From NCBI GenBank assembly GCA_037379345.1, contig CM074523.1, positions 876,525-940,524 of the forward strand: a stretch of DNA of 64,000 nt. The letters are read 5' to 3'. How positions within the stretch are numbered: position 1 is the first letter of the stretch; the number at the start of each line of letters is the position of its first letter. Positions 51,315-64,000 of this stretch are shown in pieces. The translations under genes were made by a program, and so were the position numbers. The stretch comes from Perna viridis (taxonomy: Eukaryota). The notes under the pieces were generated by a model. That model had not been told where the DNA came from and ran no database searches. It saw only the letters and a list, made by a program, of their open reading frames with translations.

Positions 51315-54300
51315 GTGAGTGTTTAGTACGCTGATTTTTTTTTTACATTGATTTATTAGCCCCCACCCACTCTCTAATGGAAAAAAATAAACAGTACGTC
51401 TTCTTGAGAAAATTACACTAACGGAACATATTTAAAAAGGTGTAGGCCTGCGTAAGGAGCTGGTCGCAATTTTTTCTTTATTTTATGTGCAAAATCAGCA
51501 TGCAGTAAAATTTTACACGTACCGCTGCAAATTCATTTTTTGACTATTCGATATATATTGTGCACATCAGATTTTGATTTATGTGTTTCTATTGAAACTG
51601 TCTTTATTTTCCTTCTGCACTTACATGAAACAAGATGACCAATTCACTGTAATGGGTATCAGCTGTAGAGAATAAATTATCTTCATTACATCAGCAATGT
51701 TAAAAGTTTAAAGAGGGGCATGTCTGTTGCTTCCTCTGCAATCAGTCACGTCAGCCGATCGCTGTTAACGGATGAAATATGATAAACCGCACGAGAACTT
51801 GAAATAGATACTGTATTACACAATTTCCTTTGCATTCAAAAAGAAAATTTAATATCATAATGGACAAACCCGATACTTGAAATGGATGTGCAAATTTACA
51901 ATTTATAGAATTATAAAAGATGTGATTATAACGATCCACAGGGTGGAAATAGATGACATATGTTGCACGTTGTATATTGTAAGGTATCAATTTATGTAAC
52001 TAATGTTTTATGACCTAAAATACCGTAAAATTCAGATGGCAGGTCAGGACTGTCATACACATTCTTTTACGTCCCAAAGCAGTGTGTGATTTTGGTTACA
52101 TTGCCTTAGACCGGTTACATAAAATGTACCAGAGTCTGTTTGTAAAATACGTGTCTAGTCTTATTGGAATTTCAGTCATTTAACATGAATAACCCTTTAT
52201 TTCTGGTAAATTATACACTACCCTATAATAAAATTGATAAATTAAAAGCTGTTTCATGTATTTGAGACTTAATTTAGATTTAAAAGTACCGATGAACACA
52301 TATTTAATTAAAAGGTCACGATTATTTTCACCATGCCTTACTTATTTGAACAAAAGCAACTTTGTTAAATCTGAAAGTTTGTGTTGTTTGTATTTTTATT
52401 ATAAACTATCACGTTTATGCTCTTGACGGTAGTATAGGATATTTTCATGGGCAAGTGTTTGTTTAAAATGGAAACGTACCTCTTATCTTCCATGCTTTAA
52501 AATCAATAGGGGGAAATGTGGGCTTGTTAAAGGTACGCATTCAAATCCTGTTATAGTAACATGTAAATTGTAATTGATGTCAGGAGGGCGGACCTCGAAT
52601 AATATCTACATGATACTAAGGTATTTTTAAGGTACATTCACCGATGGGATCTATTGTAAGAAGCAAACATTTAATTTTTATCTGAGATACATGTACATTG
52701 TGTATGAAATTAATTTAGAATTTATTTTCTTTTACGTTATTTTCCTGTTTCGTTTGGCATAATTGGTCATCTTAATATACTTTGTGTTCTAATTCTGATT
52801 CGAAGACTTTAGAATTCAAGGCTAATATGAGCTGACTTGGATTCGACTCCTGTAATAAAAAAAAAGATAATTCGAACACTGAATTTGGAACATAGAACGT
52901 TTAGAGGTTCGATGTCCGCCTATCTCTTTTAACTTTAGTGCCATCATTGACGTTATCGCAATACGCCATTTTGTTCTTCAGTTACTTCAAGTGTGTATCC
53001 TTATAAGATTTCACATAAACGCAAAAATGTCAAGTTGACCACCAATGTTTATCACATTTTAATATATTGGACCTTTATAAATTTTGCTTTATGATTTCTC
53101 CCAATCGGTAAAGTACATCTGGCCCATTTACTATACATGTAAGATGGTTTATAGTTCGTATAAAACCCTCATTCAATTTCCCGACACGTAAAATTGAACA
53201 AAGACTCTTTCCCTCAATCAATATTTAATAGAACTATGAAAAGACTTCTTGCTGCGTTTAATATCACCAAGTTATAGTGTTTTACCCAACAATCGTAGGA
53301 AGTATAGCTCTACAATAATTAGAAATAAAGTACAGTTACTCGTAGAAATCAGGCGGGTGTCAGCTTCGAATATCTAAAACCAAGTAAATAATTACTCTTC
53401 AAAGTGTATAGTCATACTTTGTTTGAATATAATGATATTCATTTACGATTTCATATTTTATTTTCTGATTATTTTGCTCTGAGGATCATTTTTTAAATTT
53501 AATCATTATACCGTAAGCAATTGTTGATAACTTTTTCTCACTTCAGTTGATGAATAAAATATCTTTTCATATGTTTCATAAAGAAGGTGTGAAATAGAAG
53601 TGGTTTAGGCGTACATTGTATTTTTTTTACACCAAAACCCTTTAAATGAATTTTGCAGCTGCCAAAAAGGAATTGAATTGAATTGAATAATTTACATAAC
53701 AAAACTATAAAGTACCTGGTATCTATAAAAAGCAGTAGATAAAAATGATCGAGCACTTAAGTTGAGAAAAGTCAGCTTCTGTGTTCACAGGAATATAACT
53801 TTTAATAAATGATATAAAATTCAGTGTGCAGAAATCTATTGACGTATTTAAAAACGTTTGAAAACCAGAGAGAATAAAATTCACAGTCAGTGACGCGTGC
53901 ATGTAAGATTTGAAAGGCTTTTCAAAAGCTTAGTTCGATACTTAAACACATGCGAGAAAAAAAAGATATTTTTAATTAAATAAATGACAAAGCTCAATAG
54001 AGCATTTTTGTTGAAAGAGAAAAGTTCTATAAATGGAGATTTATTTCTAATATTGGTAAAACTGCGTGAAGGCAATGCAATGTTGTGTTTTATGATGAAA
54101 CAGACCGTAAAAAGCTGTTAAAATACAGCAATAATGATAGGTTCCTCAGGGAAAATGATACCAACACTACCATCAATTAGATTACTCAATATTTCATTTC
54201 TGTGCCAGTTCGAATGGCTAACAGCAAAGCATTTTTTTCTATTGAAGTATAATGTATCAGATTTTATGTAAAAGGTCCCGACAAGTATAAACATTATATC

Positions 54301-54751
54301 ATTTGGACCGGCTTTTAGTACCATCCTTTATAAAAACACAAGTATTAGATTGCACGCTGTAGGGTCATTGGATCGATGGACATCGCCTATTATATATTAT
54401 AAATTATATACATATGCAATAACAGAGATGAATGAAAGAAAAATCTTGCTGAATATGTATACTGTTAACGTTAATTCACCTTCGGGTATAAATAAGCAGC
54501 TGCTCATGAATGTTTCATTTTGACTTTGAACATGAACTGAAGATGTACATGTATACATGTATATAGTGCTCACCCCATTAGTTCGTTACTGGTATCACCA
54601 AAGCAACCATTCCCCTGTTTTTTAAACTTGAAGGTTTTATGGTATTTGTTGTTTATGAGGCTTATTTATGAGTTATTTTATTTTGCGATTGATAGATCAC
54701 TATGTTTTGATGTGTATATTCCTCTACTGACCTTATTTGTTTCTTTTTCAG

Positions 54752-54815
54752 ACAATGCTGATGATTTGGAGTCAGCTGCTCGGCGCAGGCGCATCTCAGG
54801 GGATATTCATGGCAG
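54752..54815 (+). CDS. Mkx: Mkx coding exon 4 (D-NADDLESAARRRRISGDIHG-R)
   Basis: Polypyrimidine tract plus cag acceptor, donor AG|gtcagt. Its 64 nt convert phase 1 to phase 2, exactly what is needed to join exons 3 and 5. It is a GC-rich island in AT-rich intron. Confidence 0.85.
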
Positions 54816-55875
54816 GTCAGTGAAATAATTATCCTGTCGAAACGCTGTCAATTTGGCAGCATTATTAACTGCACCCACTTAAAGGCTTGAATAAGCGAAT
54901 CAAGATATCCATTTACACTTGTTGTCCAAGAAAAAGTTAGGGTTTTATATTGTCAAGAGTGACTCTCATCTGTTTACCGAACCTACCTTGTACATGTGGA
55001 TGTACAAAATGTACATAGTATGGTGTACTTTCAATTAAAAATATGCCCCACAATGGAACGCCGGGTTTCTTGTAAGTCAATTACAAGCTACGAGTCAGGT
55101 TTTTATACACATACATGTGTATCTAGCTAATACGTAACTACATGTACATGATATGCCAAAACTAAGATTGAATAACATTGGAACAATAAATATTCACTTA
55201 TATTGACGTCTCTGAGAGTATACGAGTTCTCTTTTAAGCTCGGAAAACTTGATAACTATTTCTTTTATCCATGATATATCACATGGACCAGACTTAGCCA
55301 CGTTATCTGCATTTATCGAATGTGCATAGAAATTATATCCATCATTTTTGTACTTTCTATCCTTTGGGAATTCACAAAGTATGCCCGGAACTTTCCGCTG
55401 TCCGTCGGTGACTCAGAAATTACAATATCGTAGCGTGATCAGAAAGTGGAATCGATAAGTAAATATGAACACAGCCGCAAAAATCATGTAACCTTTTCAC
55501 TTCCTATTGTTTATACTTTTATATGTTAATTATCAGACCTGTTTGATTGACGTTCCGTGTCAAACGGAGACGCATTTTGAATTTATGAACGCCAGGACGA
55601 CGCTATCTATATATAATACTAAAGATGATTCTTCCTATTTTGTCGCGTTTGTTCAGGAATAAAATGTTATAGGCATACAGTAAACCTCAGATTCAATAAA
55701 CTCATCAAAATGAAGTTATGCATTTGTACACATAAATAATACAATGTGTATATATACTTTAAGTCGTTTGCTTAAATTCAAGACTTCTTTTGGGTATACT
55801 AAAGCCAAGTTGCGATTTTATGCTATGCATTTTGTTGATATTCTTATTTTAACTGTTATTTTTATTCTTTTTCAG

Positions 55876-55963
55876 GAATCAAGATGATATTCATCTTAAA
55901 GAAATAAGTGCTGTCATGGCGCTGACCTCACTCGCAAGATCTCGTAGATACCCAATAATGTAG
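55876..55963 (+). CDS. Mkx: Mkx terminal coding exon (NQDDIHLKEISAVMALTSLARSRRYPIM*)
   Basis: Acceptor tttttcag, stop TAG at 55961-55963. Matches the C-terminal Mohawk motif (vertebrate DDTYWKEINAAMALTNLA). Missed by the ORF track. Confidence 0.9.
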
Positions 55964-56208
55964 TTATGTGATAGTCACGTGGTATCCTCCATATTTAATG
56001 CATTCCGTATGCATCTGTGCCTACTATAAGAACTGGAGGGATATATATTGTTCTTAATTGTTTAAATGTTACGATATCTGCAGGGAAAGTCTTTAAAATG
56101 TTTAGATTTTATTTTTAATGTTACTCGTCAAACGCATTTGAGCATGCGCAATGAATGTTGTTTTACAAGTGTGTGAATGATTGACAAAAATAGTGTGGAT
56201 GGGTACGG

Positions 56209-56252
56209 AATAAATTTTTATTGTTATAGCTAATGATGTGTTTTGTTTTATG
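56209..56252 (+). terminator. Mkx polyadenylation signal with downstream GU/U-rich element
   Basis: AATAAA at 56209-56214, about 245 nt after the stop codon, followed about 25 nt later by TGTGTTTTGTTTTATGT. Confidence 0.6.
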
Positions 56253-58239
56253 TCGCCTTGTCACCAAAATATCTCTTTGGACAGTTGCTATGATGAACAG
56301 TTTGCACCAAAACTGTATTAGCATTTAACAATTTAAAATTATTGACTAAATGCACATGCTATGCATACACATGACGGTTTCAATACAGCTTGATGTGCAT
56401 AATAATATGGTGTGTAAGTCTCGTCACGTGACTCCGTGGTTTCACGAGAAGGAGACCTAATCTACCATTCAGATGCATGGATATTTGTTATTAACAGGGC
56501 GTTGAGATCAGTATTAAAACCTTAATTGTGTGCATAAATACTGATAAAAATTGCATAAATATTGAATAAATTACCTCTGTCCTGAAACAAAATACAAACC
56601 TTCAATCCTTTTATCACATATTTAGAGATGGCTTTGAGTTACTTGATTCCAAAATTGATTATGGAGCAGATGTTAACAAATAACAACTGGCATATAAACC
56701 TTCCAGTGTTCTTAAATTTTACAACAAAAATATGTAGTACGTTTATCAATTGTAGGTAAGTGTACCAATAAGAAATTAAAAACAGAATTTATAGAAAACT
56801 TTAATAGAAAATCTGATCTTTCATGGCTACAACTGATGGAGCATAGGCCAGAACCATTATATGAGCATATGTCCTTTTCCATAAACATTAATTAGGCGCT
56901 TTTTTAAAATACCCGCTGATAGAAAATATATTTAATGGATTCAAACTGGCGGCATAGGAAGTTCTTTCACTGTTTCTGTTGAATTATTTCTTTGTAATGT
57001 GAAGACATCGACATACTTTGATCACAGACATGAAAAAGATACGAAATTTTGTAGGATTGCCATGCGATGTTTTATATTTTAAAAAATCTCAAAAAAGCAG
57101 TTGGAATATTGCTCAAGTATTGCCTGAATACACACCAAATTTCTGTCAATGCAGAAATGATCGAGAACGGCGTTTTCACATTTTCTAGCTGCATGTACAT
57201 AAAGTTGGTTCAACAGAAGCATATAAATCGCTTCTACAATTCTCTGCATCAAATACTTTGTCGATTGAATAGCGCACATAATATAATGTACATGTCAACC
57301 TATGAATGGTAAAGCTCCTGCAGAATTCGTCATACCATTAATTTTAAGAAAAACAGTTGTGTTGTATACGCATTCTCCTTTACAATTGGCACCCGCAAAA
57401 AAGAAACATGCAATTCTGTATTTTTATCTGCATCAGATGCCAACTAAACCTATCCAGCCTCAACATAAAGATATAGCGAATACAAACCAACTCGCTGATT
57501 GGTTAAGGTTACGCTCCGTAAATATAGTTCAAACAGGCATACATTTTTGAAGCCAATAAAACGTTCCGTTCTCCTTAGATTTTCTAATTTCCCTTTAACT
57601 GTTGATTTTTTATGGAACGAACAACGATTGCGACCCTAGCTTGACCTTTTTCTGTCGAGATGGAATAAGTGTAATCAGTCAGAATCGCTCCAGATTGCGT
57701 TTCCTTTTAATGATAATTTTCATTTATAACAGGAAAATAGCTCTTAGCGCCACTTCCGCCATTCGGAAGTTGCTCTATCAAGCTGGTGCTTGGAAACGAT
57801 GTCGGCGTCAAGTAGACGCTTAACTTTAAGTTACCTGATGGCCCTGAATTGATATCACCGCTTTGTTAAAACTCAAGGATTAATGGTTGATATTATCAGG
57901 AAAAAAAACATGAATAGAACAATGATCAATCATGGCAGATACTTAAAACAAAAATATTTCATCGAATGTTTTACAACATAGGAACCATTCGGAAACAGGA
58001 AGCCGCCAAAGTCGCTAGGGTCAGTAGCTTTAAATAGGACAGGCTTACAAATATGGAAATACCAATGATCCAAATATCCAGGGGCGAGAAAAGAGTCGTT
58101 GCTATCACGTATACTTCTATCTGCATGTGCTAGTAATCGGCATTAATTAACGACTACCAAATTCCGAGTCTGCCTTAATATGAAAGCCCAGCATCGAACA
58201 AACGCGGTTGAGGCAAACACGCAACCACAAATGCTTCAC

Positions 58240-58330
58240 TCATTTTTATATGCTTTTCAGACAGATGGATTATGGTATACAGGTGTCCGTCCATCTGTCT
58301 CTTACACTTCGCATTATAACTAAGCAATGC
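58240..58330 (+). mobile_element. Possible Helentron/HINE-like terminal fragment
   Basis: TTTTTATATGC..ATTATGGTATAC..GTGTCCGTCCATCTGTC resembles the T-run plus GTCC/GTCT microsatellite end of such elements. Confidence 0.3.
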
Positions 58331-60243
58331 TGCTACCATTTTTGAGGAACATTGGTTTATAGTTTCTTTTAACTAGTGTGAGCTGACTTTCGATTTTTTG
58401 AATCCCAGACTTTTTTTGAATTATGGGAATTAATATATACAAAAAATAGGACGATTTTCTGTTTTTGGGCAAGAAATCAAAAACCTTTGCAGCGATTTCA
58501 GTGTGTTTGTTTTTATTGATGTAAGCGCCCTTTCATATTTCACAGTTTTCAGATTATAACTCGGTCGTGGTTTGATTCAAGCATTTTCATAAAAGTTTAG
58601 TAAATATTATATTACTATTGGTGTTATAGCTACCTCTTAAATTGGTAATAAATTTATTTGCGTTTTTGTTTTTTTTCTTCATAAAAATGGGGGGAGGGGG
58701 GTCAATAATTACACAATAATTTCAAAACACTTCGAACAATTTAAAAAAAAATGTGGAATTGGTTTTTCTTTTTTCTACTTTCTTTTCTACTTTTTTAATT
58801 TAAGCTACTATTTTTTATACATGTGTGATTGTGTCAAATATCTAAACATAACTGAAATGAGAACTGTATCAAGCTTCAATTGTATGCCCATATTTGCCTG
58901 AACTGTTCAGTGTATGACCTCTGTGGTCGTATTTAGCTGCGTTCCGCTACGCGAAGCATTTTATTGGACTTTTACTAAAAAAAAAACAATAAATAAATAA
59001 CGCTTCCACCAAATGCCATGAAATTGTGAATTGTTTGTTTACTTTGATCTAGGCTTTACATTTTTATTATTCATATACTTTGTCTATCTGTTTCTTATCA
59101 TGTTATTTTTTAAAAGTTTTATTGCGAGTATTTACATTATTTGACCGCTCCCATTCTGTCCAAAATATTATCCTGGCTTTAACTTTTAATCACAATCATG
59201 CAAAATTCAGAGCTGTATATAGTTTGAATATTGTGTTTATACATGTATTTACCCGATCCGTTAATATATACAGGGAGTTTTCATCCTACTTGATTTCAAT
59301 TGTAACATATACATGTGATACGATAAACTTACTATATCTTTTTTTGGTAAAACAAAACTAAGACTTGGTGGTATCGTTGAAATATTGTGAATATCAGACC
59401 AATGTCATCCACGTTTACAACAAAATGGTAACTCAAACTACACAGTATAGAATATGCAATAATAGCAAGCAGGTTATAGAAACATTTGTACATAAGGAAA
59501 AAAACACAGTAGCATGTACCAACAGTTGGAGTATAGAATAGATATAGCAGCAAGGTAAGCATCCAAATTTTAATAGACATATTCGATCTGAGTTGCTCTG
59601 CACATGTAATTATTATGGAATGCATACTGTCACGTGACTACACAAGTTTGCATATATATGTCAAACCTTTCATCGTTGACTCCATACATCGTGTTGAAAC
59701 TTTATCTTTTACACGAATATTTTAATTTATTTTTGTATGTAATAAGACCCTCGGAGAAATAGTTGGGTCTTTGGTTTAGTCGGAAATGGCGTGACATACG
59801 GTAGACAGAAGTGTATAGCTATCGTTAATGTTCCAGTCTGAGATGTAACTCTGGCAGACCATATTAAGGTGATATTAATTAAATTTTTACTGATGTGACA
59901 GCATCACGTTTCTGTAGAAAAAGTTTACAGCATGTTACATTTGTACAATTCGTCCGGATGGAGTTTAAATTTTTAAAGAGCAGCACGTTCAACTCTTACA
60001 CAACCCTCAAACATTGATGAAAGTGCTACACTGGCAAGACACGAAGACATGAAGAGGAATTATATGAGTTTATGTTATCAGCCTTTGAAATTTAACTAAT
60101 ATGTAACTTTTAATATAATTAAAATTATCAATATCATGACCTATTACAATACAGAGACTATATGGTCAAGGTGAAAAAAAGTAAAACCCAAATGGCTTAA
60201 AATAGAAATACATGTAATAGGAAACCTTATGAATCATCAATCA

Positions 60244-60350
60244 TGTACAGTTGGTCACGTATCTACCCCAAATAAAACATTGGTGTACAATTGGGCACGT
60301 ATCTACCCCCAAAAAACCTTGGTGTACAGCTGGGCATGTATCTACCCCAA
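60244..60350. repeat. Tandem repeat, about 40-bp unit, 3 copies
   Basis: Unit TGTACA(G/A)(T/C)TGG(T/G)CA(C/T)GTATCTACCCC... Confidence 0.8.
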
Positions 60351-60626
60351 TTATCTTTACTAGTATAATGACAGTAAATATGACATTAAATAACCCCCTC
60401 CGACCCCCTCCCAGTAAAAATTTCTGGCTACGGGCCTGTACTTGAAAGACTTCAACATTTCATATTTCTATTGAGTCTAACGGGTTATGTCTGTATTAAC
60501 CCCCCGGTCCTCCAAAAAAGATAAAAAAAAAACAAAAAGAAAAACTGAACATTATTACTGAAGTTTAAGGCATTTGTATGATTGCTATCAATTCTATATT
60601 TATACCTTAATTTAAAGAATTTTCTT

Positions 60627-60935
60627 AGTGGCAACTTAGTGGTACATGTATGAGCACCAGTGGTAAACTTACATGTAGTGGTACATGTATGAGAACCAGT
60701 GACAAACTAAGTTGTACATTTATGAGCACCAGTGACAAACTTAGCGGTACATGTATGAGCACCAGTGGTAAACTTACATGTAGTGGTACATGTATGAGCA
60801 CCAGTAAAAACTAAGGTACATGTATGAGCACCAGTGACAAACTAAGTTGTACATTTATGAGCACCAGCGGTAAACTTACATGTAGTGGTTCATGTATGAG
60901 CACCAGTGATGAACTTACATACGGTGGTTCATGAA
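60627..60935. repeat. Minisatellite with 33-bp and 39-bp unit variants, about 8-9 copies
   Basis: GTGGTACATGTATGAGCACCAGTG..AAACTTA, with or without an added CATGTA. Confidence 0.9.
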
Positions 60936-62339
60936 CTGATTGTATTTCTTTAGATCGTTTTTTAACTTTTCATAAACAATATAACGAGTGGATACTAACA
61001 ATGATGCATTAGTGGTATGATACAAACATGTTCATGTACGTAAATGTAATGTAGAGGTTTAAATGTCAGAAGTAACTGACCGAAAAGGCCGATGGAATTC
61101 TGATAGAATCGTAATGAAAAATAACTAATTAATCATAGACGTACAAGTTGGTCATCGACCTGTGTAGATACATGTTTACCCGTGTATCTCTGCTGTTACC
61201 ACCAATTTATCTGTGCAGTTCATATCCACAGTGAAACAGGTTAAGTACCATTCTGTGTAAGAATCAGGCAATGGGTGGCAAATCATATTTCTCAATTTGG
61301 TCTTTTTTGCCTCAAATACATTCAATACATCTAGAAAACAACTTAACAGCTATTTTAATTTATCCTGAAACATCAGTGACGTAGATATTTTTGACTGCTT
61401 ATATAAGGAAAAAGTTCGGGAGAATTTTCCCTCCATTTTTCCACAATGCATTTCAATTAAATTTGACATGTCAATGTCTTAAAAAGGCAAACTTTCCAGC
61501 CACTTTGACAGTAATTTATTGAGGTTGTGAGGTATAAATACTTGGATCATGCAATGAAATGTCTGTGTATTTTTTCTTCATGTGCCACACCTTATATACA
61601 TTTTGTCTGATTCTTAGACGGAGAAGTACTTAAATGGTTATTGGCATGTCCGAGAACAGATGTATACAGGTTTTTCCCGTGCTTTCTTAATTTTCACTAG
61701 TTCGAAACGTTATATAAAAAATCAACACGTAAAATAATAAAATAAAATAAATAACAATGCAAAAAAGGTTCAAATAATATCAAATCTCTCCTTTAATAGG
61801 TGGTTATTTTTTTCAGATAGTTATGAACTCCGGTCAACCGATGCGGAAGACCCAGCAGTTCCACTTGGTAAACACTTCCTGTGTTTGGTGCAGTCTAAAC
61901 AGTCTAAATAGCTACAGTAATTATGTTGTAGTCATCTGCGCAGTTTTTTGTTTTGTTTTGTTTTTGATTTTGTTTTTTTTAAGGGGGTCATGTACACTGT
62001 GCGTTTCCGTTAATAGTTACTCTCTTCATTTTCGAATTTATTTTTTTCAGCTTACAAGTTCTTTAAAAGCGAAGGTCAAATAACTGGCATGCCCTTTGCC
62101 TAGAACTTGGTAATAATTACTGTAACAGATAAACCACAAATTGAATATTTCTAGGCCGCTATTTCAAATGTTACATTAAAACCTCAGGAAATATACATTT
62201 ATATATATCTAAATATTTAAATTTCGGAATACATTACCACCAAACCTGTGAAGGTCATTTAAAATGCAACCTTTGTTCGGTCGTTTGACATAGGAAGACA
62301 GCAACAGCTTAAATATATGAAGAGACAGTCCGTGTAGAA

Positions 62340-62942
62340 AATAGGATCATCATATAATAGAGGACATCATATGATAGATAACATCATCCGATAGAGGACA
62401 TCATATAATAGAGGACATCATATAATGGAGAACATCATATAATATAGGACATCATTTAATAGGAGACATTATATAATAGAGGACATTATATAACAGAAGA
62501 CATCATATACTACAGGGTATTATATAATAGAGGATATCATATAATTCAGGACATCATATAATAGTGGACATTATATGATAGAGGACATATAATAGAAAAC
62601 ATTTTATAATAGAGGACACTATATAATAGAGGACATCATAATAGAGTACATCATGTAATAGAGGACATCATTTAATAGAGGACATCATAATAGAGGACAC
62701 CATATAATAGAGGACATTATAAAATTAAGGACATCATATAATCGCGGACATCATATAACAGAGGACATCATTTAATAGGGGGCATCATATAATAGAGGAC
62801 ATTATATATTAGAGGACATCAAATAGTAGAGGACATTATATAATAAAGGACATCATGTAATTGAGGACATCATATAATAGAGGACATTATATGATGGAGG
62901 ACGTCATTTAATAGAGGATATTATATAATAGAGGACATTATT
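62340..62942. repeat. Minisatellite, 17-bp unit, about 35 copies
   Basis: Unit GAGGACAT(C/T)ATATAATA. Confidence 0.95.
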
Positions 62943-64000
62943 ACCTAATTATAAGGTTTTATCTTGTTTATTACATATACACATATTTTTCTCTATTTTC
63001 AAAATTTATTCAGGACAGGGCGATCTATTGCACTGTCGATGTACTATTGCACGGTGCAATAGTCTCCTTGAGGAGTCTATTGCACTGACCCCATAATGAC
63101 CTTTATCTAAGCCTTTTGATTGGTTGAACTTTTTTAAGCGCTTCAATGAATTGGAATTTACACACAAAAAACTCGTGTGTTAAAACGTAGATGTGACTCT
63201 TGTCTGCCAATTCGTAAACATGGAGCGTTCAATTTCCTATTCCTGGTCGAATGGTTGTCTCTTTGACGTATTCCCCATTTCCATTCTTTATTATATCTCA
63301 TAGACAAATTAGGTAATAAAACAGTTATTAAATGGGTTGGTTGCAATAGACCAGAATATTTGTCCTGAGGTACTGAGAATGATTAAGTGTTCTATTGCAC
63401 GAGGCCAACGGCCATTTCAGACTATTTGCTTCAGAACATGAGTTGGAAGAAAATTTTTTGGGATACCCACTACACAAATTGCATGTACTTGTAATGGAGA
63501 ATAAGAGTTTAACGTCAAGTCTGCGGTAAACTGATTTGCATATTCTTCAGTTGCCCATAAATATACATGTACATGCATTTGTATGTAGAAGTACAAGTTA
63601 TGTATATGATGTTGATGTGAATGTTGTGAATACGTGCAAATGTCCTGTCATTAATGAAAAAAAAATTAATATTCTAATGGCGGATCAAAGGGGTAAGAGG
63701 TTTGCGTTTTAGCGGTCGGAACCCCCTTTTGTTTGAACACATGGCTTATTTATGCATTTGGTGGACAAAAAATTGACCAAAAATATTCCGGATCCCACTT
63801 TCCAAAATTCGAGATTTGCGCACGTGCTATTCATTGTCTTTTCTTTAGTACAATGGTATTTCCTCAAATTTCTGTTAACTATTTCAAGTGCAATGTACTG
63901 TACTTGCTCATGTAATGTCTTTAGAGGTTAATTAGCTTAAGTTCAACATTGGCAATCAGTAAACTCTGCCCTTCTTTTAACCAATGACCTCCGCTGACCT

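Larger units (their letters stand above)
29693..55963 (+). other. Mkx: Mohawk homeobox gene, full coding span (5 coding exons, 333 aa)
   Basis: Exons joined by hand give one open frame of 149+326+375+64+88=1002 nt with GT-AG introns and matching phases. The product has a TALE homeodomain plus the three conserved Mohawk-specific C-terminal motifs. Confidence 0.9.

Noticed and set aside
57503-57829. Possible TTAA-flanked (Kolobok/piggyBac-like) MITE
   Set aside because: The terminal match (TTAAGGTTACGC vs GCTTAACTTTAA) is too short and imperfect to support.
62990-63420. Repeated TCTATTGCAC / GCAATAG motifs suggesting a non-autonomous DNA element
   Set aside because: Probably a repeat remnant, but boundaries and family cannot be established from this window.
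1-64000. tRNA, rRNA or a second protein-coding gene
   Set aside because: No cloverleaf, rRNA-like segment or other multi-exon frame with recognisable homology was found by eye. Small exons could have been missed.

Overview
AT-rich eukaryotic DNA whose repeat content looks like a bivalve mollusc, probably an oyster (inference). The only protein-coding gene I can support is a five-exon TALE-class homeobox gene, Mohawk (Mkx), on the + strand. Its CDS is 29693-29841, 43218-43543, 50940-51314, 54752-54815 and 55876-55963 (1002 nt, 333 aa; all introns GT-AG, phases 2/1/1/2 consistent), with a candidate CCAAT/TATA/Inr promoter and an AATAAA poly(A) signal. The rest is non-coding. It contains decayed Penelope-like retroelements, an RTE LINE 3' end, two 5'-truncated SINEs with target-site duplications (TSDs), several MITEs, seven minisatellites, and a diverged ~2 kb inverted duplication (about 6780-9556 vs 17030-19015). 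The most notable signal is the palindrome TACATGTA, which is strongly over-represented. At five sites an internal homolog shows plain TA where the other copy has TACATGTA, which matches the classic Tc1/mariner excision footprint. The same 8-mer matches the Iroquois-family TALE binding consensus, so transposon scars may be seeding Irx/Mkx-type sites around Mkx itself (hypothesis).
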